Below, in pieces: positions 28,862-39,039 of a DNA stretch of 64,000 bases. The stretch is from an uncultured Gammaproteobacteria bacterium (lineage in GTDB: Bacteria; Patescibacteriota; Microgenomatia; Woykebacterales; RBG-16-39-9b). Both the position numbers and the translations under genes were made by a program. Where the stretch lies: positions 28,107-92,106 of the forward strand of contig CAYHXX010000002.1 of the NCBI GenBank assembly GCA_964360785.1, read 5' to 3'. How positions within the stretch are numbered: position 1 is the first letter of the stretch; each line of letters begins with the position of its first letter. The notes beneath the pieces were generated by a model that did no database searches, was not told the origin of the DNA, and saw only the letters and a list, made by a program, of their open reading frames with translations.

Positions 28862-30031
28862 TTAGTTTTGGGCAGATTCACTACTAGGTGGGTTTAAAAG
28901 CTTCTCAACTGCTTTGTGAACTTCCAACCAACTGTTACCCTTGGGAAGTAGCGCATAGGCTCCACCGTACTGTCCTGCAGGAGCTACCTGAAGATAGCTA
29001 TCGCTAGCGTTGCTGAGAACCAAATTGTTTATCTTGCTAGTGTCGACTTCTTTTGACAGACTATACAAAGCTACCAGCGCACTTATATCAATATCAGTTT
29101 CTACTGACTCTCCTAGATCTTTAAAGAGTGAGTTTACTTTCGCTGGATCTAAAAGATTTTCTGTCTTCAAGGCCTTATCTTTGGCTGCTACTAGTACTTT
29201 TTGCTGTCGGGCTGCTCGCGCAAAGTCACTACCCTCACCATTTGTACCCTGACGACTGCGTGCATATTTCAGTGCTGTGTTACCCGACATATGAGTAAGA
29301 CCAGCTGTAAAATGTAAATGCTCGAAGCGACAAGAGTCAGTCCCGTCTTTACAAAACGTTTTCTCATTACCTTCAACTGGGTAGCGATAATCGTCAAAAC
29401 TCTTATCAACCACAATATCTACACCACCTAGGCTATCAATACCCTTGCGGAAACTGTCAAAATCTACCCGGGCAGTGTAATGAATATCCTCGATACCCAA
29501 AGTTTGCTCGACCACATCTTTGAGCAACCCCATACCACCCCCATCGGGGTAGCTATTGGATTCTCCAAGAGAGTAGATCGAATTTATTTTTCCCTGAGCC
29601 CCTTTGACTTTTCCAAAGTTTGGAACCTTAACCCAAACATCCCTCGGGATTGAGATCATTGAAACCTGTTTTGTGTTTTTATCCACCGAAGCAACAATGA
29701 TGGTGTCGGTCAAGAACCCATTGTGTTTTATCTCACCACTACCAACACTGTAGGTATAAGGAATATTTACTCGCTTATCAATACCTACCAACAAGAAGTT
29801 TGTCCTTCCATCAGTAGATTTGAGTTCTCCTTGCGGATTCTTAATCAAAGAAAGCGCTGCTCTTGGTTGCTTGGCAATTTGTTTAAGCAACGACACTGTT
29901 GGCCAGTAAAGAATATAGCCTGTGTAAATTATTGAGGACAGTAGTAGTACAACGATTCCAAGTTTTAGAAATTTTTTTCGCCGTGGGTTTTTTGGTTTTT
30001 GCGGCAACCTACCTAGGTCAAAATACTGCAT
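28862..30031 (-). CDS. LCP (LytR-CpsA-Psr) family protein
   Basis: NFLLVGID, TDTII, SIPRD, ALKYARSR, SDFARAARQQ. Confidence 0.93.
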   Translation of the reverse strand: MQYFDLGRLPQKPKNPRRKKFLKLGIVVLLLSSIIYTGYILYWPTVSLLKQIAKQPRAALSLIKNPQGELKSTDGRTNFLLVGIDKRVNIPYTYSVGSGEIKHNGFLTDTIIVASVDKNTKQVSMISIPRDVWVKVPNFGKVKGAQGKINSIYSLGESNSYPDGGGMGLLKDVVEQTLGIEDIHYTARVDFDSFRKGIDSLGGVDIVVDKSFDDYRYPVEGNEKTFCKDGTDSCRFEHLHFTAGLTHMSGNTALKYARSRQGTNGEGSDFARAARQQKVLVAAKDKALKTENLLDPAKVNSLFKDLGESVETDIDISALVALYSLSKEVDTSKINNLVLSNASDSYLQVAPAGQYGGAYALLPKGNSWLEVHKAVEKLLNPPSSESAQN

Positions 30032-30063
30032 AGTTTAGGGGTAAAATTCACAAAGAAAATTGA

Positions 30064-30774
30064 TTATATCACAGCCTCGCTCGCTACCGAGACTAGTCTA
30101 ACAAAGGTTTCTTCTTCCAAGCTAGCCTGTCCAGGTAAAGCACCATGAATTTCTGGCATGGAGAGAAAACTTTTAATATTTTCTGGATTTACACTACCAC
30201 CATAAATAGTCACAACCTCCCTACCAATCTTTTCTTTTATACTTTTACAAACTTGATCAGCTGCTTCTGGTGTTTCTGGATGATAGTCTCCCCCGCCACT
30301 GATAGCACTTGGTGGCTCATAAACAAAGATTATTTCTTCTGCCTTTTCTCTTATAGCTAAGCTTTCCTTTAAATAGGACTCAAGTTGTTCCTGATTTGCT
30401 GTACACAAAACTGGAATGATTTTCTTCTCAAGCAAAAACTCCACTTTTTTTACAATCATCTGGTCAGTTTCTGCAAAGTATTTTTTTCTTTCGGAGTGTC
30501 CCACAATGCAGTATTCGACCAAACCCTGAAGCATCTCTGCAGTCACCTCTCCGGTGAAAGCACCTTGGCCAAGATGGGAGACAGTCTGTGCTCCTACTTT
30601 TACAGAAGTTCCAGAAAATAGGTTGTTTAGTAGCGGTAGTGTTACAAAGGACCCACAAACGACAACTTGTATTTTTTCCAAACTACCAAGTGGGGCTTTT
30701 GTTTTTTCAACCCAACTCGTGGCTTCAGAAATAGTTTTGTTTGCTTTCCAATTGGCCACAATAAGAGGTTTCAT
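30064..30774 (-). CDS. tpiA: Triosephosphate isomerase
   Basis: ANWK, GAFTGEV, VGHSER, YEP, YGGSV; start reassigned to ATG 30774. Confidence 0.95.
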   Translation of the reverse strand: MKPLIVANWKANKTISEATSWVEKTKAPLGSLEKIQVVVCGSFVTLPLLNNLFSGTSVKVGAQTVSHLGQGAFTGEVTAEMLQGLVEYCIVGHSERKKYFAETDQMIVKKVEFLLEKKIIPVLCTANQEQLESYLKESLAIREKAEEIIFVYEPPSAISGGGDYHPETPEAADQVCKSIKEKIGREVVTIYGGSVNPENIKSFLSMPEIHGALPGQASLEEETFVRLVSVASEAVI

Positions 30775-31319
30775 AAGTTTAGTTTCTCCCCTAGTAATAA
30801 TAAAGAAAGTTGGCTCTGACAATCAACAAAAACACTCCTTTGATTTTTAATATCTGCAAATAACTCTTGCAAATCAAACAATTTCACTTCTATTTCTTCA
30901 TTCTGATCCAGATGTTGCTCTGCCACCTTGGTAGCATCTTTGGCAAGGAAGACAAAGTTTCTGTTGTTGGAAATACTCGGATTTGGTGCATATCTGCCCA
31001 GCAATTCAAATTCCGTTGCTTCAAAACCGGTTTCTTCAGAGAGCTCTCTTCGAGCTGCTAGCTCTGGCTCTTCCTTTTCTTCAATAAATCCAGCTGGCAG
31101 TTCCCAGATTAGATCCTTGACTCCATTCTTGTATTGAAAAACTAGTGGAACTTGTTTATTAGATGTCAAAGCAATTATAAAGGCAGCATCACGACGTTTC
31201 ACAGAATAATATTGTGGAATTATTCTGCCGTCTGAGCTTCTTAACTCTTCCTCATAAATCGTCAGGAAAGGGTTTTCATAAACTGTAGTTTGTTTTAGCA
31301 GAGTCCACTTTTCGATCAT
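30771..31319 (-). CDS. NUDIX hydrolase
   Basis: ELPAG..E..AARRELSEETG. Confidence 0.92.
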   Translation of the reverse strand: MIEKWTLLKQTTVYENPFLTIYEEELRSSDGRIIPQYYSVKRRDAAFIIALTSNKQVPLVFQYKNGVKDLIWELPAGFIEEKEEPELAARRELSEETGFEATEFELLGRYAPNPSISNNRNFVFLAKDATKVAEQHLDQNEEIEVKLFDLQELFADIKNQRSVFVDCQSQLSLLLLGEKLNL

Positions 31320-31323
31320 AAGA

Positions 31324-32328
31324 TTAAACTCGGTAGAAACCTAAAGCTACCAGTGCCGGTAATTTCTTTCCTTCAAGAAACTCAAGCATTGCCCCACCGC
31401 CAACTGAAACAAAATCGACCTTGTCAAGCATCCCAATCTCTTTAAGTGCAGCGATGGTATCGCCACCACCAACTAAACTGTAGGCAACAGAATCTGCCAC
31501 CATTTTTGCTACTTTCTTGGTACCCAGCGAATACTCTTTCTCTTCAAAAAGTCCCAGCGGTCCGTTCCAAACAATCATTTTAGCCTTATCGATTTCTTTT
31601 TTAAACAATTCAACGGATTCCGGCCCAATGTCTTTCTGATCAATATTGTCCGTGGCTACCAACACATTTTCCGGCAAAGTTGTTTCTCCCAATTCAAACA
31701 TCAGCCTACCACCCACCAAAACCTTATCAGCGACTTTGGCGAGATTTGTGATCGCGGGGAGTTTTGTCTCGAGTTTTGCCCCACCAATTATTGCGACCAA
31801 GGGACGCTCGGGATTTTCTAGTATCTTTTGTAGCTCCGTCACTTCCATCCCTAATTCCAGCCCAGCGTAACAAGGTAAAAAAGTGGGTAAAAAGGCAACT
31901 GAGGCATGGTTACGGTGGGCTACTGAGAAACATTCATTAACATAAATCTCCCCAAAACTTGCCAGTTTTTTGGCAAATTCCGGATCATTTGCTTCCTCTT
32001 CGGGCCAAAACCTTAGGTTTTCCAAAAGCACGATTTTACCTTCTGCTGGTTGGTCAAAATCTTCTTTAAAGGCTACTTTTTCTCCAAGCAGTTCCTCTAG
32101 TTTCGGCAAAAGTAGTTTAAAAGAAAAGTTTTGATCCCTACCTTTAGGCCGACCTACGTGGGAGATAAGGAAAATTTGATTTTGGTTGTTGAGTAGGTTT
32201 TTCAGAGTACCGACTGTTTTCTCAATTCTTGTCGCATCTTCGATTTGTCCATTTTCCAGTGGAACATCCAGGTCACCACGGACAATAACCTTTTTTGCAG
32301 TTATGCTCTCCTCTTTGAGAAATTTCAT
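31324..32328 (-). CDS. pgk: Phosphoglycerate kinase (short)
   Basis: RGDLDVP, SHVGRP, LENLRF, GGAK, WNGPLG, GGGDT, SVGGGA. Confidence 0.95.
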   Translation of the reverse strand: MKFLKEESITAKKVIVRGDLDVPLENGQIEDATRIEKTVGTLKNLLNNQNQIFLISHVGRPKGRDQNFSFKLLLPKLEELLGEKVAFKEDFDQPAEGKIVLLENLRFWPEEEANDPEFAKKLASFGEIYVNECFSVAHRNHASVAFLPTFLPCYAGLELGMEVTELQKILENPERPLVAIIGGAKLETKLPAITNLAKVADKVLVGGRLMFELGETTLPENVLVATDNIDQKDIGPESVELFKKEIDKAKMIVWNGPLGLFEEKEYSLGTKKVAKMVADSVAYSLVGGGDTIAALKEIGMLDKVDFVSVGGGAMLEFLEGKKLPALVALGFYRV

Positions 32329-32357
32329 TCAGTTAATTCTAACAAGAAAACGGTAAA

Positions 32358-32627
32358 CTAGGAAAGGTGAGCGGTAATTTTGGATACTATCGAGTCTTTT
32401 GGCTGAGAACCGACTGCCCGATCTACTTCTTTACCGTCTTTAAGTACAATAAAAGTTGGAATACTCATAACTCCAAATTGCATTGCGGTATCGTTGTCAG
32501 AATCGACGTCGATTTTCTTAACCTGAATTTTTTCGCCCATTTCGTTTTTTATTTCTTCGATCAAAGGCTCCATGACCTTACAAGGACCACACCAATCTGC
32601 ATAGAAATCGAGAAGTTCTACTGACAC
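32358..32627 (-). CDS. trxA: Thioredoxin
   Basis: DFYADWCGPCK, SIPT; GTG start at 32627 with SD GGAGGT. Confidence 0.93.
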   Translation of the reverse strand: MSVELLDFYADWCGPCKVMEPLIEEIKNEMGEKIQVKKIDVDSDNDTAMQFGVMSIPTFIVLKDGKEVDRAVGSQPKDSIVSKITAHLS

Positions 32628-32733
32628 TGTTTTTTTACCTCCGAAAATTAAGTTTTTAAGAAAATGGGTTCTTCCTAGAAGATAGTATAACACAAGACTT
32701 TACCCCAAAAAGAATGGTAATATTGTTTTTCCG

Positions 32734-34569
32734 ATGAAAGTCCTTGAGCATCTAAATAAAGACCAGCTGGAGGCTGTAAAAACCACGCAGGGCCCACTTT
32801 TGGTCCTTTCTGGTCCAGGTAGCGGTAAGACTCGTGTTATCACCCACCGCATTGCCTATATTTTGGAACAGAAACTCTGTCAACCTGAAGAATTACTAGC
32901 CGTTACTTTTACCAATAAAGCTGCTGGTGAAATGAAAGAGCGACTTAAGAAATTAGCTCCAACTACGCCACCTTGGATGGGTACTTTCCACTCAATCTGC
33001 GCCAGAATTCTTCGATCTGATGGCGATGTTCTTGGGATTGGCAATCGTTTTGTTATTTATGATGATTCTGACAGTTTGGATCTGATCAAAGATATTCTCA
33101 AGGAGTTTGATATTGATCCAAAGAATTTCTCTCCTTACTCAATCAAAAACTCGATCAGTTCGTCGAAGAACGAGTTGATCGGACCAGAGGATTACAAAAA
33201 TTTCGCGCGCGGCTATTTCCAAGAAATGGTCTCCAAAGTTTACTTCCGCTACCAGGAAGTTCTGAAAGAAAACAATTCTTTGGATTTTGATGATTTGCTG
33301 ATGCAGACAGTGGCTCTTTTCGACACTCATCCAGAAATCCTCGAAAAATACCAAAATAGATTTAAATATATTCTGGTTGACGAATACCAAGATACCAACA
33401 AATCGCAGTACATGCTCACCAAGCTAGTCGCTTCAAAACACAAGAATATCTGTATTGTCGGCGACGCTTCCCAAGCGATTTATGGTTGGAGGGGTGCCGA
33501 TTACCGCAATATTCTCAATTTCCAGAAAGATTTCCCAAATACAAAAGTAGTCAACCTCGCTCAAAACTACCGCTCGACCAAAAATATTCTCGAAATTGCC
33601 AAAAACATTATCTCCCAAAACCGTTCCCATCCAATACTCGAACTTTGGACCGAAAACCCCGAAGGAGTACCAACTGTCCTTTATCAGGCAAAGAACGAGG
33701 TTGAAGAGGCTGAGTTTATTATTCGCACTATCAAGAATCTGTCTCTCAAGCAGCACTACCCTTTGTCCTCCTTTGCTATTTTGTACCGCACCAATGCCCA
33801 AAGCCGTGTCTTAGAAGAAACCCTGCTGCGTGAAGGCTTGCCCTACCGTTTAGTTGGTGGGACGAGATTTTATGACCGTAAAGAAATTCGTGATGTCGTC
33901 GCTTACTTGCGGTTTCTTGACAACTCTCGGGATCAACTCAGTTTCAAAAGAATCGTTAATACTCCCCCTCGTGGTATCGGCCCAAAAGCATTGTTAGAAA
34001 AGGAAAACCCCAAACTTCTATCTTTTTTGGAGCTAATAGAATCCTTAAAGCTAAAAATCCAAAATTTACAAACGATTGATATTATTGACCTTGTACTATC
34101 AACTACAAAATATCTCGAGTATTTGGACGATGGAACCGAAGAATCGCTAGCCCGGATCGAAAACGTTAAGGAATTGCGCAGTGTTGCTTCAGAGTTTCCA
34201 GAACTTCCTGATTTTCTGGAAAATGTTTCCTTAGTTGAGAATCACTCTTTACCAAACCAAAATAGCTCTGTCTCCGACGATGCAGCTATCACTCTCATGA
34301 CCTTGCATTCTGCCAAGGGTCTAGAGTTCCCGGTTGTTTTCATAACTGGAATGGAAGAAGGTCTTTTCCCTCACAACCAATCCCTGACTGATACTTCCGA
34401 AATTGAAGAGGAGCGTCGGCTCTGTTACGTCGGGGTCACTCGTGCCCAAGAACAACTCTATCTTACTTACACCCAATCAAGACTATATTTTGGTTCACGA
34501 ACCGAAGGAATCATATCCAGATTTATCTTAGAGATTCCAGAGGAATTACTCATTCCAATTAGGTTCTAA
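32734..34569 (+). CDS. pcrA: UvrD/PcrA DNA helicase
   Basis: GPGSGKT, TFTNKAA, DEYQD, QNYRS, YRTNAQSR, HSAKGLEF, EEERRL.YV. Confidence 0.94.
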   Translation: MKVLEHLNKDQLEAVKTTQGPLLVLSGPGSGKTRVITHRIAYILEQKLCQPEELLAVTFTNKAAGEMKERLKKLAPTTPPWMGTFHSICARILRSDGDVLGIGNRFVIYDDSDSLDLIKDILKEFDIDPKNFSPYSIKNSISSSKNELIGPEDYKNFARGYFQEMVSKVYFRYQEVLKENNSLDFDDLLMQTVALFDTHPEILEKYQNRFKYILVDEYQDTNKSQYMLTKLVASKHKNICIVGDASQAIYGWRGADYRNILNFQKDFPNTKVVNLAQNYRSTKNILEIAKNIISQNRSHPILELWTENPEGVPTVLYQAKNEVEEAEFIIRTIKNLSLKQHYPLSSFAILYRTNAQSRVLEETLLREGLPYRLVGGTRFYDRKEIRDVVAYLRFLDNSRDQLSFKRIVNTPPRGIGPKALLEKENPKLLSFLELIESLKLKIQNLQTIDIIDLVLSTTKYLEYLDDGTEESLARIENVKELRSVASEFPELPDFLENVSLVENHSLPNQNSSVSDDAAITLMTLHSAKGLEFPVVFITGMEEGLFPHNQSLTDTSEIEEERRLCYVGVTRAQEQLYLTYTQSRLYFGSRTEGIISRFILEIPEELLIPIRF

Positions 34570-34620
34570 TCACTTCTAAATTTGCAAAAATTCCGAAATA
34601 ACTTTAGAATTTATTGCTAA

Positions 34621-35418
34621 ATGAGCGTTTTTGTGGCAGCTATTTCTGCCAAATGGACAGGCAAGACTGATCTTCTAGCTACAACTATTGAGGGTTTTTT
34701 CTCTCAACTTTTTGCCCGTCTTACCTATAAATCATCGGGGATAATATTTTTGCTTTTGCTTTTCACTTTTTTCGAATTTGTCTTCCCAAAAACAAACCTT
34801 GCATTTGTAAAAGCATCGGAAACATTTGATCTTGAAACTACTTTCTCAACAAGAACAAGCACTGCTTTCTCAGAAAAGACGGATCTAAAAACTCAAGTCT
34901 TAAGTTTTAAGAGTCGGTCAATCCCTGATTCAGGTTTAGCCCAAGGAGAGACAAAAATAATTCAGACAGGTGTGGCGGGTGAAAAAGTCATCCAAATAAA
35001 AACTATCCTCCACAATGGTCAAAAATATGCAGTTGAAAACACAATCGTCTCCGAAACTAAACCAATTGAGGAAGTTCTCGCGGTTCACCCATCAGTTCTC
35101 GCAAAGACAATTGATTCTCCTTACGGGGCTTTGAAATACACTGCCAAACTAAATGTTTGGGCAACCTCTTACGACCCTTTCTGCCCAGGCTGCAACCAAA
35201 CAACTTCCATCGGGCTTAAAGCTGGTTTTGGTGTTATTGCGGTTGACCCAAAGGTCATACCGCTACGATCGAAGGTTTATATCCCCGGTTACGGGATCGC
35301 TATCGCCGGCGACACTGGTGGTAGTATCAAAGGCAACAAGATTGATCTTGGTTTTGCTGATGTCAGAAATGGTAACTGGTCGGCTCGCTTTACTGATATT
35401 TACATTTTGACGGATTAA
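34621..35418 (+). CDS. G5 + 3D domain protein (cell-wall lytic)
   Basis: G5-like ETKIIQTGVAG; 3D domain ATSY, IAVDPKVIP, AGDTGG.IKGNKIDL. Confidence 0.88.
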   Translation: MSVFVAAISAKWTGKTDLLATTIEGFFSQLFARLTYKSSGIIFLLLLFTFFEFVFPKTNLAFVKASETFDLETTFSTRTSTAFSEKTDLKTQVLSFKSRSIPDSGLAQGETKIIQTGVAGEKVIQIKTILHNGQKYAVENTIVSETKPIEEVLAVHPSVLAKTIDSPYGALKYTAKLNVWATSYDPFCPGCNQTTSIGLKAGFGVIAVDPKVIPLRSKVYIPGYGIAIAGDTGGSIKGNKIDLGFADVRNGNWSARFTDIYILTD

Positions 35419-35459
35419 AAACTTCCCTACTTTTCCAAAAATAGTTTAATATAGTACTA

Positions 35460-36362
35460 ATGACCGATATCCGCCAATGTCGTCTTTGGGCAAGCTTTAT
35501 GGAAGATCTGGGTTGGGGTGTTGAGAATATCCGCACTCGCGACAAGGACAACTTTGTTTACCTCAAAAAAATTCCTTTATTTGGTACCATCCTCAAAGCC
35601 CCGAGAATTTCTTTGCCGCTACCTTTTTCTGAGATTGAAGCTTTAGCTAAAGACAAAGGTGTCTTTTTTTCAAAAATTGAGCCAAAAACTTCTCTTCCGA
35701 ATTCCAAAGTCCTTTCCGAGCTCAAGGACTCTGGTTACGCTAGTGAGCGCTGGTCGCTCCATCCCACCAAAACAATTGTTCTGGATCTGCGTAAAAGTTC
35801 TGACGAGCTGCTAAAAAATATGGAAAAAGATACCCGCTACAGCATCCGAGCTTCACAAAGACGCGGAATCAGAGTAGTCAAAAGTAACGATCTCAACCGC
35901 TTTCTCAAACTCTACCGTGCTACTGCCAAACGCCAAGGTTTTTGGATCCCGGAAAAGGACTTAGGCTCCTTGTGGGACATCTTTTCCAACGAAGGCAAGG
36001 CTTTTATTCTGATTGCTGTTTGGAATCACACCGACATTGCCGGTTGTTTGATCCTGCATCATGAGAAAAGTGCTTACTATTATCACGCGGCTTCACTACG
36101 AGAATATAAAGAATTCTTTGCGCCATATTTATTAATTTGGGAAAGTATGAACCAAGCCAAAAAACTAGGGCTAAAAGAGCTCGATCTGGAAGGCATCTAC
36201 GATCATCGGTTTCCAGCCACCAACAAATGGAAGGGTTTTACTCATTTCAAAAAAGGTTTTCGCGGTGAAGAAGTCGAGTTGCTAGGTTCTTTTGTCAAAA
36301 ATTACAATCCAATTCTTTCGACATTTTATAAAGTTTCCAACTTCTCCCTGAATTTTAGGTAA
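35460..36362 (+). CDS. FemAB/FemX-family aminoacyl-tRNA-dependent peptidoglycan bridge transferase
   Basis: Q...WA.F, T..LDL...ELL..M...RYSIR, YYHAAS, W..M..AK..G..ELDL.GI, G..FKKGF.G. Confidence 0.85.
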   Translation: MTDIRQCRLWASFMEDLGWGVENIRTRDKDNFVYLKKIPLFGTILKAPRISLPLPFSEIEALAKDKGVFFSKIEPKTSLPNSKVLSELKDSGYASERWSLHPTKTIVLDLRKSSDELLKNMEKDTRYSIRASQRRGIRVVKSNDLNRFLKLYRATAKRQGFWIPEKDLGSLWDIFSNEGKAFILIAVWNHTDIAGCLILHHEKSAYYYHAASLREYKEFFAPYLLIWESMNQAKKLGLKELDLEGIYDHRFPATNKWKGFTHFKKGFRGEEVELLGSFVKNYNPILSTFYKVSNFSLNFR

Positions 36363-36406
36363 AAGAAAGCCGCTAGTTCATGCCTGGCTGGCACAAACGT
36401 AGCGGC
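36361..36406 (-). terminator. Intrinsic terminator
   Basis: GCCGCTA/TAGCGGC stem with AAAAGAAA on plus strand. Confidence 0.7.
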
Positions 36407-36432
36407 CTCCTCTCTCTTTTCCTCCGATCTCT

Positions 36433-38766
36433 TTACTGCTTGATGACGACGATGGTCTCACCGCAGTTGGCGCAGGCCTTGGCAGTGAGAGCGTTCTTGT
36501 ACCCGCATCCGGCCGTGCAGTAGATGAAGTCCCTTGCAGGCTGAGCCGGGGCGGGGGATGTCGTCGGTACCGGAGCCGGCGTTGGTGCTGGCTCTGGCGC
36601 GGGCGCGGGGGCCGGAGTCGGCCTTCCCGTTACCCTCACCGACTTCGTCTTTGGCCCTGGGGCGGGTGCGCTAGCGGCGGCGGCCTTCCTTGCTGCTTCT
36701 ACCACCTCGGGGGGAAGCTCAGCAGCAACGGAACCATCTTCAGGCTCCACCACTGCCTCTTCCTTCGGCAGCTCGCAGCCGCACTCGTCGCAGCGCTTGC
36801 GACCAGGCTGCGCTGGTGTCTTGCAGTTCGGGCAGACCCTTTCCTGTGGCTCGACGATGGCGGCGGGTACGGGGACCGTTGCCAAAGTGCCACACTCGTC
36901 GCAGCGCTTGCGCTCCGGCGCGATCGGCCCGCCGTACTGCACACAGTCCGGGTTCGGGCAGACCTTACCGTCGCCATTGGCCCCAATGGCCTTCATCTGC
37001 TCGGCGACACCAGCCAGGGTGGCCACGTCCCCTAAGGTGGCTGGCTGGACCTCGTCCTGCTGCGGCCCAAAACCGAGATCCCACGACCCTTCGGACGCGA
37101 TCGCATCGATCTCCTTACTCCGACTCACGGTCTGCTCGACATTCGAGGCTTCCGCCACGAGCGTGCGGGCTCCGTTGATCAGAGTTCGTGATTCGACGAG
37201 CGGACTCCTTTGGGCATGAGCTACGCTCGGGTTGTCGAAGTTCTGCCGGTTGGCCACCAGGTTGTCGATCTTGCTCAAGACTGAGCGTCCGGGCGGTGTT
37301 TCGGCGAAGGGTCCGACCGCGTGCTGAGCGTCAGCAATGAACTTGTCGATCTGCTCAAGATTGGCGTCGATCTCCTCGACGGCCAACGAAGCCTCGTACA
37401 GCTCCTCTGCCCGACCAACCAGCTTGAAGGACCCGCCACGCTTCTCACGGGGTGCTGACCCCTTCAAACGCCTTAGCTCGACTTCAAGCTCGCTTGCCTC
37501 AGCAAGGAACCGCTGTGCGTAGCCGTTGTCCGGAAATGCGCCGACCGCCTCCTTGGCCGCACCGACAAAGCACGTCGTCGCCTCAAAGTCAACCTCGGCT
37601 CGGACATCGCGAGCGGCACTGACACTGAGCGTGTAGTTCCGCGCCGGTAGGTGTTGTTGGCGGATCTCGCTGAGTTTGTCCTGAGCCTTCTTGCCGACTT
37701 CACTGGGGTCCCATTTGGGGTCAGCGGCCCGCGCCTTCTCGACGACCTCCTTGATGTGCTCGACGACGCTGAGGATCTGCTGATTAGCGTTGTTCGTCGC
37801 ACAGCTGTCACACCCTTCGACCTGGTTTTCGCGGTCGATGTAGTAGGGCGGGCGGTCTTTCGGGATCGGTTTCAAGCACGGCTCGCCGCTGGGGAGTGTG
37901 TTCTGACACTCTTTCGTTTCGGTCGTCTGCACGGTCACTTCTGCTTCCCTTTCCTCGTGCGTTCGCACGACTACTGACTTGACGCTTGGACTGTGATGTA
38001 CTGCCATTTCTGGCTCCTCTTCTGTTGTCGCAACTGCGGTTGCTCCTCCTTTCGCAACCAAATCAGTCCAGTACTTACTTGCGATTCTGGTTATCTCGTC
38101 CGTCGAGAACTCACTGTTGCGTGTTTCCCAACCGTAAACAGAAGACTCAACCTCTGCCCCGTCCGGGAAATAAACGATCCTGCGGCACTCGCGTGCTATC
38201 TTGATCGTTCTAATCTGCTTTGGCCACGTGATACCCTCCACAGCGGGCAGTTCTGGCTTCTTACCAACTGTGTTTTGGAGAATAGTGATGTTTCGGTTCA
38301 TGAGCGCGACCAGAAACTCAATATCTCTCACGATGTTTCGAAGTTGGCGCTCCACCTCCCTGTTTGGGCCAGAATGTTTGATCTCAACTAGACCTACAAC
38401 CCAAGCGGTTTTGGCTTCGATACTGATGAGAATCCCGTCTGGGTTGTGAAATGCGAGTTTCGGATAGTCAGAGAAAAACGGGGAGCGTGTTCTCAGAAAT
38501 GCCAGAAAGTAATCAGCCACTACCTGCTCTTCAGCAGACATTTGCCTGCCTTCATAATCTGGCGCACTGAGTACAAGCTCTTGAAGAACTCTTCCTCGCT
38601 TATCTGAGATGGTTGGTTCCTGTGAATTATATGTAATTGTTCGGGTGCCTAGGTCATGAAGGTTCGCTGTTTGTAGCGCTCTTTTATCCGGTGTCAGATA
38701 GGGTCGAACCGGGGTGATATGCGCTACGACCTCAGAAACCCAGTGATCGACATCGCGAATACTCAT
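36433..38766 (-). CDS. Orphan fusion: PD-(D/E)XK-like N-terminal domain plus GC-rich multi-zinc-ribbon, Pro/Ala-rich C-terminal region
   Basis: SD AAGGAGG before ATG 38766; NPDGILI...LVEIK...RQL; CPNPDC/CDECG, CPNC/CDECG, CTAGCG/CANCG. Confidence 0.75.
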   Translation of the reverse strand: MSIRDVDHWVSEVVAHITPVRPYLTPDKRALQTANLHDLGTRTITYNSQEPTISDKRGRVLQELVLSAPDYEGRQMSAEEQVVADYFLAFLRTRSPFFSDYPKLAFHNPDGILISIEAKTAWVVGLVEIKHSGPNREVERQLRNIVRDIEFLVALMNRNITILQNTVGKKPELPAVEGITWPKQIRTIKIARECRRIVYFPDGAEVESSVYGWETRNSEFSTDEITRIASKYWTDLVAKGGATAVATTEEEPEMAVHHSPSVKSVVVRTHEEREAEVTVQTTETKECQNTLPSGEPCLKPIPKDRPPYYIDRENQVEGCDSCATNNANQQILSVVEHIKEVVEKARAADPKWDPSEVGKKAQDKLSEIRQQHLPARNYTLSVSAARDVRAEVDFEATTCFVGAAKEAVGAFPDNGYAQRFLAEASELEVELRRLKGSAPREKRGGSFKLVGRAEELYEASLAVEEIDANLEQIDKFIADAQHAVGPFAETPPGRSVLSKIDNLVANRQNFDNPSVAHAQRSPLVESRTLINGARTLVAEASNVEQTVSRSKEIDAIASEGSWDLGFGPQQDEVQPATLGDVATLAGVAEQMKAIGANGDGKVCPNPDCVQYGGPIAPERKRCDECGTLATVPVPAAIVEPQERVCPNCKTPAQPGRKRCDECGCELPKEEAVVEPEDGSVAAELPPEVVEAARKAAAASAPAPGPKTKSVRVTGRPTPAPAPAPEPAPTPAPVPTTSPAPAQPARDFIYCTAGCGYKNALTAKACANCGETIVVIKQ

Positions 38767-38797
38767 TCGGATGCCTCCTTCCTCACTTATGAGGCCT

Positions 38798-38825
38798 ATT
38801 ATACACAAAAAGTTGTAAAAGTCAA
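38798..38825 (-). promoter_or_regulatory. sigma70 promoter
   Basis: TTGACT-16 nt-TATAAT. Confidence 0.7.
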
Positions 38826-38856
38826 TCCTATAGCAGTTGTCGTGTGATTCTGGGCA

Positions 38857-38882
38857 TAAAAAAACTCCATCCAATGGAGTTA
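38857..38882 (-). terminator. Intrinsic terminator
   Basis: AACTCCAT-CCA-ATGGAGTT with A-run on plus strand. Confidence 0.6.
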
Positions 38883-39039
38883 ATTACTTTAAAGATATAG
38901 GTGGGAGACAGTTAGCGCGAGGCTAAACCGATCTGTCTCCCCTGGCGTCCTTCCTGTCTCGGTAAACAGGCACATGAGCTTACGTCATGACAAATCTCCT
39001 GGCCACAGTCTTGTGGCTAACCGCTCACCGTGATGGAAG

